Part shown: positions 1-8,607 of the stretch, one piece after another
How the letters are laid out: every line of letters begins with the position of its first letter
How positions within the stretch are numbered: position 1 is the stretch's first letter
Source of the DNA: Desulfovibrionaceae bacterium
GTDB taxonomy: Bacteria > Desulfobacterota > Desulfovibrionia > Desulfovibrionales > Desulfovibrionaceae
DNA length: 64,000 bases
Reading direction: 5' to 3'
Assembly: GCA_031551565.1 (NCBI GenBank)
Contig: JAVBNM010000003.1
Coordinates: forward strand, 36,473-100,472
The notes under the pieces: generated by a model
Told to the model about the DNA's origin: nothing
Databases searched by the model: none
Seen by the model: the letters and a program-made list of their open reading frames with translations, nothing else
Program-made: the position numbers and the translations under genes

Positions 1-1
1 C

Positions 2-148
2 GTCGACCATTCCTACAAGATTTACGAAAACCTCACAGCCATCGTCGAAACGGCGTATATCGACCTCAATCTGAGCGAGGACGTCTGGCAAGATAACAGC
101 ACCGACGGCGCCTGGAAGGCCCAACTGCTGATGCAGTACAGCTTCTAG
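2..148 (+). CDS. C-terminal fragment of a probable outer-membrane porin/beta-barrel (5' truncated)
   Basis: Open frame from base 2: VDHSYKIYENLTAIVETAYIDL...AWKAQLLMQYSF*. Alternating amphipathic pattern and terminal aromatic F are typical of beta-barrel C-termini. Confidence 0.7.
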   Translation, partial: VDHSYKIYENLTAIVETAYIDLNLSEDVWQDNSTDGAWKAQLLMQYSF

Positions 149-364
149 GCGTCCATGACGGAGGAGGCGCGCGTTCCCCCGCGCCCTCCGGCCACAGGGC
201 GCTTCGTCCACCCCCGGGCGGGGCGCCCTCTTGCGCGGGCCTGGAAGCGTTGGAGCAAACTCGGCCTGATGCGGCAAACCTGTGCAAGAAAACGGCCGCA
301 AGGCAAACCGCCTGCCGGGAAGGCATATTCCCCGGCAGGCGGTTTATTTTTAAAACGGCTGGTT

Positions 365-886
365 TCAGATTATGTCGTCGCCAAGGAAAGGAGAAATGTC
401 GACCTGCTTCCTCTTGACCGGGCCAATGGGCACAGGCGGAGGCGGTTGGGGCGCGTAAGCCTTTTTCCGGCCCTGTTCCGTGAGCAGATAGTCGCAGGCG
501 TTGCCGTCCCAATTCAACTTCCCGACAGCCCCGGAAGGCCCGGAAACGATCTCAAGGCGGCAGTATTGCCCGACAACGTGAAAGGGCACCCAGTAGCGTT
601 TCAGCCGGTAAACGGGAAATCCGTCGCCGTCGTAGCCGAGAAATTCCTTCTCATCAACATACTGGCCGGGGACCTGCTCGTAACGGTCAAACTCCCAGAC
701 CGACACGGTATCGCCGCCTTCAGCCACTCGCTGGCCCGTGGGCGGGCCGAAGACGTGTTCAGCTTCATCGATGCTGGCTACATCAGGCAGGCGCGAGTCG
801 AACTCGCGGCTGCCCATAGGCGCGCATCCGCCTGACAGGCAAACGAGCAGCGCTGCGATGATTATTATGGTGCGGGGTCTAGTCAT
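365..886 (-). CDS. Putative lipoprotein
   Basis: Hydrophobic signal peptide ending in a lipobox-like LSGG-C; Pro-rich C-terminal tail. Confidence 0.7.
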   Translation of the reverse strand: MTRPRTIIIIAALLVCLSGGCAPMGSREFDSRLPDVASIDEAEHVFGPPTGQRVAEGGDTVSVWEFDRYEQVPGQYVDEKEFLGYDGDGFPVYRLKRYWVPFHVVGQYCRLEIVSGPSGAVGKLNWDGNACDYLLTEQGRKKAYAPQPPPPVPIGPVKRKQVDISPFLGDDII

Positions 887-971
887 ATCTTTAGCCTTTT
901 GTAGTAGATGTCGTGCGGCACAAAATGCCGGTATGCACTCACGGTAGCATAAAAGTTTAAAATCAAGAAGA

Positions 972-1000
972 CGCCGGGTGGAAAATCACCCGGCGCTTTG
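972..1000. terminator. Hairpin in a divergent intergenic region
   Basis: CGCCGGGTG-gaaaat-CACCCGGCG, followed by CTTT on + and a T-rich tail on -. Confidence 0.5.
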
Positions 1001-1213
1001 TCTCAAAATAAAAGAAGATGTTCTCGTCAGGCCTTTTCTTTTTCCAACAATCAGGATAGGCTGGATTACGCAAAATAGATGGATTAGAATTGCAATTTCA
1101 CCGGCCGCAGGCCGAAGGAAATCTGGCAATGTAACTTTTCGCCTCTCAAGCGCCCTGGTCCGAACCTAGTCGGGTGGCGCAGGGTGGGTTTGCTTGAGGC
1201 AGTGGAGGGCACC

Positions 1214-1816
1214 ATGGATGATATTATAAGCAAAATAATTGATATCGAATGGGAATTTTTTTCACAAGTCAACAACGAGGGCGGCAAGGCTTCCTGCCAG
1301 AGCCGGCCTCAGACTTTCACCGTCATGCGCAAAAGCCAGTTCATGACCTGGGGACGGGAAGTCCTTGAAAGCTACTACCAAGACTTGATTGACGCCAAAG
1401 AATCCGGCCGGAATTTGCTCACGGAAAAATACGGCCGCATGATGGCCTGGACACACCCCGACGAGTACAAGGAGCGGATCGAGCCCCAGCTTCCCAAAGT
1501 CTGGCCGGCGGCGCTCGAACTGGTTGACAAGATCGCCCCCATCCTGCTTGCCTGGCATCAGGAGTATCAGGAAAAATATCCCCGTCTGGCAGCCAAGGGG
1601 CGTCCGGTCGGCAGCAAGGGCGATGCGGACAAAACGGCGTTTGAGCCGTATTTGCGCGGCGAGTTGCTCACTTATTCCCCGAGTACCCTGAATCTCTACG
1701 CCGCCCACATCCTCAAAATGAAAGAGCAGGGCCTTAATTTGAGCATCAAGGCCATGGAAAATACCGCGCGCTTGTATGGCTATGAGTCTATTGAGAAAGC
1801 CGAGGCAAATGCCTAG
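1214..1816 (+). CDS. DUF4125 family protein
   Basis: IIDIEWEFFSQVNNEGGKASCQ...F..MRKSQF and LRGELLTYS motifs; GGAGG SD before ATG 1214. Confidence 0.8.
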   Translation: MDDIISKIIDIEWEFFSQVNNEGGKASCQSRPQTFTVMRKSQFMTWGREVLESYYQDLIDAKESGRNLLTEKYGRMMAWTHPDEYKERIEPQLPKVWPAALELVDKIAPILLAWHQEYQEKYPRLAAKGRPVGSKGDADKTAFEPYLRGELLTYSPSTLNLYAAHILKMKEQGLNLSIKAMENTARLYGYESIEKAEANA

Positions 1817-1882
1817 GCGCCGGCTTCATGCGCGTGTAATTTGAACTTGCCTTCGCCGCCTTGCGGCGTGGGTGGAATTGGA

Positions 1883-1917
1883 GGCTTTGGCACGGGTGGG
1901 TTATCCGTGCCAAAGCC
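1883..1917. terminator. 13-bp perfect inverted repeat between convergent genes
   Basis: GGCTTTGGCACGG-gtgggttat-CCGTGCCAAAGCC. Confidence 0.6.
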
Positions 1918-1999
1918 ATTGTTTTTTGGGAGAGGAGGCTTCATTGGATGCGCCGGATCGGTTTTTTTGTTGCCGAAGCGGCTTTGGTGACGGCGCTGT

Positions 2000-2482
2000 C
2001 TAGGGTTTTTCCACACAGGGCGCCAGACACCGCTCGCCTTTCAGATATTGCAGGAAATGGCCCACGGCCACACCGTGGTCGAAACAGAGTTTTGGCGGCA
2101 GGGCGTCCAGGGGATAGAATGCGGCTTTGTCCGCATCGTCCCCGGCATTCAGTTGTTCGGGGTGAGCCACGCTGCCGACAAAGGTGACTGTCATGGTGTG
2201 GAAGCGCGGGTCGCGGCCGGGGGCCGAATAAACACCCAGAACGCCCAGGAGGGTGACGTCAAGGCCGGTCTCCTCTTTCATCTCCCGGACGGCGGCCTGT
2301 TCGACGCTCTCGCCTTCGTCCACAAATCCACCGGGCAGCGCGATGCCGAAAGGGGGATTTTTTCGCTCAATCAGCACGATTCCATGATCCGGGTGGTAAA
2401 TGACAACATCCGCCGTGGGGAATGGATTGGAATGTTTTCTGACCACCCACCCGCACTCCGGGCAGCACAGGGGTTTGCTCAT
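2000..2482 (-). CDS. NUDIX hydrolase (ADP-ribose pyrophosphatase-like, N-terminal CxxC)
   Basis: Nudix box GGFVDEGESVEQAAVREMKEETGL; N-terminal CPECG; GGGAG SD before ATG 2482. Confidence 0.9.
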   Translation of the reverse strand: MSKPLCCPECGWVVRKHSNPFPTADVVIYHPDHGIVLIERKNPPFGIALPGGFVDEGESVEQAAVREMKEETGLDVTLLGVLGVYSAPGRDPRFHTMTVTFVGSVAHPEQLNAGDDADKAAFYPLDALPPKLCFDHGVAVGHFLQYLKGERCLAPCVEKP

Positions 2483-2619
2483 AATTTCTCCCGCCTGGAT
2501 ATTTCCAGCGCACTCGCGCAGATATGAGGGCAAGACGGATTGACGGAAAGATCCGGCATAATAAACGCCTTATGCGATCACGCCGCCAAGAAGCCTTCGC
2601 AACATTGCGTGCCCGTCGA

Positions 2620-3819
2620 TTATTCCTCAAGCTTTATGGCTGCCACCGCTTTTTGGGCTTTGGATTTTGCTTCATCAAGGGTGGAGCCCAAGGCCAGGGC
2701 CACGCCCATGCGCCGACGGCCGGTTATCCTGGGTTTGCCAAACAGCATGAGCGCGGTGTCTGGTTCGCGCAGGGCTTGATCGATGTGCAAAAAGGACGGC
2801 TTGGCGCTGTTGCCCTGCATAAGCAGAGCAGCGGAAGCGGCCGGACCGTTCTGGCGTATGGCGGGGATGGGCAGGCCCAGGATGGCCCGGACATGCAGGG
2901 CGAATTCCGACAGGTTTTGGGAAATGCATGTGACCAGGCCGGTGTCATGGGGGCGAGGGGAAACCTCGCTGAAATAAATTTTGTCTGGCGCTCCTCCCTG
3001 TCCTTGCTTCACAAAAAGCTCCACGCCGAATATGCCCCAGCCGCCGAGGGCAGAGACGATCTTGGCGGCCATGTCCTGGGCTGATTCGAGCGTAGCCGTG
3101 CGCATGGGCTGGGGCTGCCAGGAGACGCGATAGTCGCCGTCTTCCTGGTAGTGCCCGATTGGCTCGCAAAAAGACAGCCCGTCGATGTGGCGGACGGTCA
3201 GCAGGGTGATTTCATAGTCAAAGTCCAGGAACCCTTCCACAATGACGCGTCCTTTGCCGGCGCGTCCCCCTTCCTGAGCATGATTCCAGGCGGTTTTAAT
3301 GTCATCCCTGGAATGGATGACGCTCTGGCCTTTCCCGGAGGAACTCATGACCGGCTTGACAACGCAGGGTATGCCTATTTGGGCGACAGCGCCTTCAAAT
3401 TCCTTGAAGGAACCCGCAAACAGGTAAGGGGAAGTGGGCAGGCCGAGCGTTTCGGCGGCCAGCGAGCGGATGCCCTCGCGGTTCATGGTCAGCCATGTGG
3501 CCATGGCGGTCGGGACGACGTGAAAGCCTTCCTTTTCCAGCTCCTGGAGGGTTTGGGTGGCAATGGCCTCGATTTCAGGCACGATGTAGTCCGGGCGTTC
3601 CTGCTCCACGATCAGGCGCAGGGCGGTTCCGTCCAGCATCGAAACAGTATAGCTGCGGTGGGCGACCTGCATGGCCGGAGCGCCGTCATACCTGTCAACG
3701 GCGATGACTTCCAGACCAAGGCGCATGGCCTCGATGGCCACTTCCCGGCCGAGTTCTCCGGAGCCGAGCAACATCAGTTTTACCGCCGAGGCGGAATTGG
3801 GGGTGCCTATGCTGACCAT
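2620..3819 (-). CDS. purT: Formate-dependent phosphoribosylglycinamide formyltransferase
   Basis: [38 protein letters not shown] and [10 protein letters not shown] motifs. Alternative start at 3834. Confidence 0.95.
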   Translation of the reverse strand: MVSIGTPNSASAVKLMLLGSGELGREVAIEAMRLGLEVIAVDRYDGAPAMQVAHRSYTVSMLDGTALRLIVEQERPDYIVPEIEAIATQTLQELEKEGFHVVPTAMATWLTMNREGIRSLAAETLGLPTSPYLFAGSFKEFEGAVAQIGIPCVVKPVMSSSGKGQSVIHSRDDIKTAWNHAQEGGRAGKGRVIVEGFLDFDYEITLLTVRHIDGLSFCEPIGHYQEDGDYRVSWQPQPMRTATLESAQDMAAKIVSALGGWGIFGVELFVKQGQGGAPDKIYFSEVSPRPHDTGLVTCISQNLSEFALHVRAILGLPIPAIRQNGPAASAALLMQGNSAKPSFLHIDQALREPDTALMLFGKPRITGRRRMGVALALGSTLDEAKSKAQKAVAAIKLEE

Positions 3820-3906
3820 GTTTTTCCCTTTCATTAAAATTGTATGCAGGCTGATGAACTAAAGCATATCCGATTTTAGAGCGCATCGCCAGACCCCGGC
3901 AAGGAT

Positions 3907-5463
3907 TTACAGGCGAAAACAGGTCTTGAAAAGTTCGGGCAGCGCGGACAGCGCCGCAGGAATGTTGAGCCAGAGCCCTCGGTCGTTGCGGCCTATTTCA
4001 GCGGCGGTCATGCTGTCAAGGCGGCTGATCACCGTTATGAAGCCGTTAATCTGGTCAAGCATCAGCCGCGCGTCAACCCGGCCGGGCAAAGGGTTGGACT
4101 GGTCCTCAACCGCGCATAGCCAGGCTGGCATGGGTATCATTGAGATGGTCGGGATGCCCGCGCTGTAGAGAACGCCGCCTTCGCCAAAATATAAAAACCG
4201 GGAAGGATGCAGCGTGAAGCCGCGCGCCCGGCTCCTTGATTTTACGCTGTCGAGGTAGACATCGCTCATGGTTTTGTTGGACGCATAGACGTATTCCGCC
4301 TCCATTTCCCCGGTAGGGGAGCTGTGTTGCCCGGCATCCGCGGCTTTCCATTCCATGGCTCCAAGGTGCTCAAGGGTGATGCCGGCCACGGCTCGCTGGT
4401 GTCCGGCTTTCCCGTCCCATAGTTCCGGGTGGGCCTTCAGCCAGGGGGCGGTGGCCTGGGCGGCGCCATGCCTTGGTCCATGCCTTGCCCAAGGCCCGGA
4501 GCCGCGCCTTGGGCCATGTTCTGCGCCATTTGCGAATTGCGGCAGTTGAAAATGCCCGGTTACGAACAGAAAAACGAGATTGCGCCGTCTTTCGCGCAGC
4601 GGGCTGGCGGCAAAATGCCGGGCCAGGGCCAGCAGAGCCAGGCCGCCGTTTTCTTCGCATGCGTTCGGGCCGTCGGTGTGGGTTGTGAGCAGTATGTTTT
4701 CCGTCCGGCAATTTCCCGGAAGGACCGCGTAAAAGCTTTCAGTCCGGGCGTTGGCAGTTGTCTCGGCGCGCAGGGTGAGCCTGACTTTGCCGTTTTTTGC
4801 CGCGTGTTGCTTCAGGAGATCCCCGGATGCGCCGCCCGCCCATAGGGCCGGGCAGTTTGCGAGCGGGGTGGTGAAGGGGAGATATTGATTTTCGGTTTGC
4901 GCATCCTCAAGCCCGCGCCAGATGCCGATGACTCCGAGGACGCCGCATTTTTTCGCTTCATCCAGGTTCAATCCCGGAAGGATCGAGCCGATAACCGGGT
5001 GCCGGATGCGTCTGGGAAGCGCTTCTTCTTTTGGATAGGCGGCCCGGGGCGAGATCAGCAGCCGTGCGGGCAGACAGGGCACGCGCACGTCGACCAGCGC
5101 TATTTTTCCGGCTGCGGCCCGGAAGTTCCCGCGTGGGCAGTGGACAAGCCCGGCCTCGATCCCGTTTTGTCCGGTCGAGCCTGAGTAGGGGTGATAAAAG
5201 ATTCCGGGCAGTCTTTCATCCAAATAGACGCCGTCGCCGCCAATCAGGGAAACACCCCATTCCAGCGGTTCCCAGCGGGTGAACTTGTAATGATCGCTGT
5301 GGATTTCATATCCGCAGGCCGAGAGTTCGGCTTTCAGGAAGGAGATGTACTCGCGGTGCCCGCTCCACCCGGTCAGGCGTGGTCCGAAAGAAACCAGGCG
5401 CTCAAGCCATCGCTCAAGCGTTTCGACGGACGGTAAGCCGATATGCGGACAATCCTTCATCAT
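3907..5463 (-). CDS. PA-domain / M28-like metallohydrolase homologue
   Basis: FGPRLTG, THTDGPNACEENG, FVTGHF and LEHLGAME resemble M28/PA-domain proteins; no signal peptide seen. Confidence 0.55.
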   Translation of the reverse strand: MMKDCPHIGLPSVETLERWLERLVSFGPRLTGWSGHREYISFLKAELSACGYEIHSDHYKFTRWEPLEWGVSLIGGDGVYLDERLPGIFYHPYSGSTGQNGIEAGLVHCPRGNFRAAAGKIALVDVRVPCLPARLLISPRAAYPKEEALPRRIRHPVIGSILPGLNLDEAKKCGVLGVIGIWRGLEDAQTENQYLPFTTPLANCPALWAGGASGDLLKQHAAKNGKVRLTLRAETTANARTESFYAVLPGNCRTENILLTTHTDGPNACEENGGLALLALARHFAASPLRERRRNLVFLFVTGHFQLPQFANGAEHGPRRGSGPWARHGPRHGAAQATAPWLKAHPELWDGKAGHQRAVAGITLEHLGAMEWKAADAGQHSSPTGEMEAEYVYASNKTMSDVYLDSVKSRSRARGFTLHPSRFLYFGEGGVLYSAGIPTISMIPMPAWLCAVEDQSNPLPGRVDARLMLDQINGFITVISRLDSMTAAEIGRNDRGLWLNIPAALSALPELFKTCFRL

Positions 5464-5718
5464 TTCACCGAATTATGCCGCAAACTATGCCATCATGCAA
5501 CTTGCTCTTTTTAAACTCTTTGTTAAACACGCGCTGCATGCTGACAGATGCCGGGGAGCTTTCGCTCGCGGTCTCCGGCCACGCTAAGGCTGTGGGGCTG
5601 TACTTGGGCGAGCCAGCCATAAGGAGGTTGGCGGCGCCAGCAAACGTGACGCTTTTACGGTTCGCGGCAGATACGGGCCGGATTCTGTTTCAACGGCGCG
5701 GCCTTTGACATCGCTCGC

Positions 5719-6780
5719 TTATTGCCGAAACAGCTTTTCCCGCACATGCGGCCAGACCAGGTCGGGGTGCAGATCTTTCATGCAGCGGTGGTGCGCCAGG
5801 GGGCAGGACTTGTGCCCGTGCAGCCCGCAGGGGCGGCAGGGCAGATCCAGGCCGAGGATGGAGTCGTCGGCCCCAAACGGCGCAAAGCCCAGGGATTCGA
5901 CGGTCGGTCCGAAGATTATCGTAACCGGCGTGCCCGCGGCCGAGGCCAGGTGCATCGGGCCGGAATCGTTGCCGAGGAAGGTGGTCAGCCTGCCCATAAA
6001 GGCGCCGAGTTCGGGCAGGCTGAGCATGTTGGTCAGGTCGAACAATCCGGCGCGTGCTTCGGAGCCGGAGAGGTTTTGGCCAATGAGCCCGGAGACGCGG
6101 GCTGATATTTCAGACTCTTCCTTCCCGGCGGCGAAAAGGGCGACCTTTCCTCCGGCATCCAGGGCGCGCGCGGCGATTTCCGCGAAGTTTTCAGGGCTCC
6201 AGCGCTTGCTGGGCCAGTGGGCTCCTATATGCATGCCCAGCAGGTTGCCCGGGCGGGCGGAGCCGAATTTTTTCAGGAGGAGGGTCTCGACCCGTTCGAC
6301 GGTTTCGGCGGCAAAATACATTTCGGGCCGGTTGCTGAAAACTTTGAGGTTCAGCGGGCCGGCAAGCTGGAGGAGGCGGTTGATCTCATGGATTTTCGGA
6401 AACATGCGGTCGACGCGGTCAGTGTACCATAACCGGCTGTGCCAGGGGCTGTCGTAGCCTATGCGCCGTCCGGCTCCGGACAGGCGGGCGATAAGCCCTG
6501 TTCGCATGCTTGAATGCGCTGAGATGAAAAGATCGTATTTTTGTTTTTCCAGGACGCGGGCATAGGCGCGCAGGCCGGAGATGCCTTTGTCCAGGGTAAA
6601 CTTGTGAAATTCAAATACCTCGTTGATGGCCGGATGTGCGGCGAAAAGGGAGCCCAGGCCCGTTCGGACGTGGTAATGGATGACGGCGTCAGGATAGTTC
6701 AGGCGCAAGCTCTGAATGAGGGGCAGGGTGAGGACCGCATCGCCCAGGAAGGCGGTGTTCCAAACGGCTATTTTTTTCAT
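5719..6780 (-). CDS. Glycosyltransferase family 9 (LPS heptosyltransferase-like)
   Basis: IAVWNTAFLGDAVLT, GAHWPSKRW and FLGNDSGPMHLASA...IFGPT motifs. Confidence 0.9.
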   Translation of the reverse strand: MKKIAVWNTAFLGDAVLTLPLIQSLRLNYPDAVIHYHVRTGLGSLFAAHPAINEVFEFHKFTLDKGISGLRAYARVLEKQKYDLFISAHSSMRTGLIARLSGAGRRIGYDSPWHSRLWYTDRVDRMFPKIHEINRLLQLAGPLNLKVFSNRPEMYFAAETVERVETLLLKKFGSARPGNLLGMHIGAHWPSKRWSPENFAEIAARALDAGGKVALFAAGKEESEISARVSGLIGQNLSGSEARAGLFDLTNMLSLPELGAFMGRLTTFLGNDSGPMHLASAAGTPVTIIFGPTVESLGFAPFGADDSILGLDLPCRPCGLHGHKSCPLAHHRCMKDLHPDLVWPHVREKLFRQ

Positions 6781-6806
6781 AAAATTCACTTGGTCTGGAT
6801 TCTTGT

Positions 6807-7475
6807 CTAATCCCCGGCGAATCCGGCCAGTTCGCGGATGCCGCTGATGGCGGCGGCCAGGTCGACGGCCAGAACGTGCGGGTGTTTTTCCGAGTCCGGT
6901 GTCGGGTAAAGGATGTATCCCCGGCCAGCCCGGCTGCCCGCAGCTGTCGCTCCGGCCGGGACGTCCGCTCCATGCGGTATGGCAGCAATATCCGGCAGGC
7001 CGAGCTTTTGGCGCGCTTTCTCTCCATGCCCGGTCAACACCAGGGCGGATACAGGAATCCCGGCGTTGGCCGCAAAGAGGATGTCGTCTGTTTTGTCGCC
7101 GATCATGGCGCAGCTTTTCGCCTCAAGGCCGTATTTTTCCGACAGTTCGCGCCACATGCCCAAGGCCGGTTTACGGCAGCCGCAGTTTTCCTCCGGCGCG
7201 TGAGGACAGAAGGCGTAGCCTGAAATTCGCACTCCGTGCCCGGCCAGCAACTCGTCCAGGCGGGTGTTGCAGGCAAATAGATCCTTTTCGCCGAACATGC
7301 CCCGGCCTATGCCTGACTGGTTGGTGACGACAAAGAGTCTGACCTCTGGCCCAAGCGCCAAAAGCGCCTTTGCCGCGCCGGGGATGAGCAGGACGCCGGC
7401 CGGGTCGTGGAGATAATGCTTGTCCGCAATGAGCGTTCCGTCACGGTCCATCAGCAGGGTGTCTATCTTTTTCAT
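6807..7475 (-). CDS. gmhB: D,D-heptose 1,7-bisphosphate phosphatase (HAD-IIIA)
   Basis: DRDGTL, VTNQSG, CPHAPEENCGCRKP and MIGDK motifs; adjacent to the GT9 gene. Confidence 0.85.
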   Translation of the reverse strand: MKKIDTLLMDRDGTLIADKHYLHDPAGVLLIPGAAKALLALGPEVRLFVVTNQSGIGRGMFGEKDLFACNTRLDELLAGHGVRISGYAFCPHAPEENCGCRKPALGMWRELSEKYGLEAKSCAMIGDKTDDILFAANAGIPVSALVLTGHGEKARQKLGLPDIAAIPHGADVPAGATAAGSRAGRGYILYPTPDSEKHPHVLAVDLAAAISGIRELAGFAGD

Positions 7476-7527
7476 GTTTTAAACTTGGTTACAGTTGAGA
7501 GCGAATGAAATTTTGTGTCTGGAATAG

Positions 7528-8220
7528 TTATTTCAGTCCGTTTTCCTCGGTCTGCTTTATTTTCTTTTTGGCGAGACAGTGCCTGAACCATTCGATGACC
7601 ACCGGCAATACCGATACCAGCACAATGGCGTAAATCAGGATGCTGAAATTTTTTTGCACGAATTCGAGGTTGCCCAGAAAGTATCCGGCCGTGACCAGGC
7701 CGAACACCCATACAAGCGCGCCGGTTACGTTGAAGAACAGGAACCTGGCCTGGTTCATGTAGGCAACCCCGGCCACGAACGGGGCAAAGGTGCGGACAAT
7801 GGGAACAAAGCGGGCCAGGATGATGGCCCGGCCGCCGTGTTTCTCATAAAAGGCGTGGGCCTGCTCCAGGTGTTCCTTTTTGAGCCAGCGGTAATTCTTT
7901 GAAAATATGGCCGGGCCGATGTAGCGGCCGATGCGGAAATTGACGGCGTCGCCGATGATTGCGGCGGCCAGGAGCGTGCCGGCAAGCGGCGCGTAGCCCA
8001 AAAAACCGGCCCCGGCCAGGGCTCCGGCGGCGAAAAGGAGCGAGTCGCCCGGCAAAAAGGGCGTAATCACAAGGCCGGTCTCGCAAAAGACGATCAAAAA
8101 CAGGATTGCATAGACCCAATAGCCATAGGCGGTAACCATGTCGCGCAAATAAACATCGACGTGGAGCAGGACGTCCATGAACTGGACCAGAAGATCCCAG
8201 ATTGAGGCGAAAAATTCCAT
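7528..8220 (-). CDS. dedA: DedA family membrane protein
   Basis: FCETGLVITPFLPGDSLLFAAG and ARFVPIVRTFAPFVAG motifs. Confidence 0.9.
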   Translation of the reverse strand: MEFFASIWDLLVQFMDVLLHVDVYLRDMVTAYGYWVYAILFLIVFCETGLVITPFLPGDSLLFAAGALAGAGFLGYAPLAGTLLAAAIIGDAVNFRIGRYIGPAIFSKNYRWLKKEHLEQAHAFYEKHGGRAIILARFVPIVRTFAPFVAGVAYMNQARFLFFNVTGALVWVFGLVTAGYFLGNLEFVQKNFSILIYAIVLVSVLPVVIEWFRHCLAKKKIKQTEENGLK

Positions 8221-8607
8221 GTCAGGCCCGGATGGTTAGCAGGGATTGCCCGGCAAAAGGCATTTGCGGCGTCACAAGGCAACCCGGCGCCGATGCGCGG
8301 TCTGCCAGGACCGGACCGGTCTTGTTTTTGCCGTAGAATTTACACAGGTAACTTTAAAATGCTGACAATGCAATCTCTCCCGTGGGCTGAAATCCATCTC
8401 ATAATCAAATTTTTCCGCAAAACAGGCCGGCTGCGCCGGGCTTTGTCTGCGGCGGAAAAAGCGGGTTTTATTTACATAAAGCCCAAGCCAGGGGCAGAGC
8501 CGGGTGATAATGCCGCTTGTCCGGCTTGCGGACGGGCGGCAATCGGGTGTATGATCCGCAAGCTATTTTGAAATCTGAAATACTTGAGCGAATTTTTTGG
8601 AGTTAAA

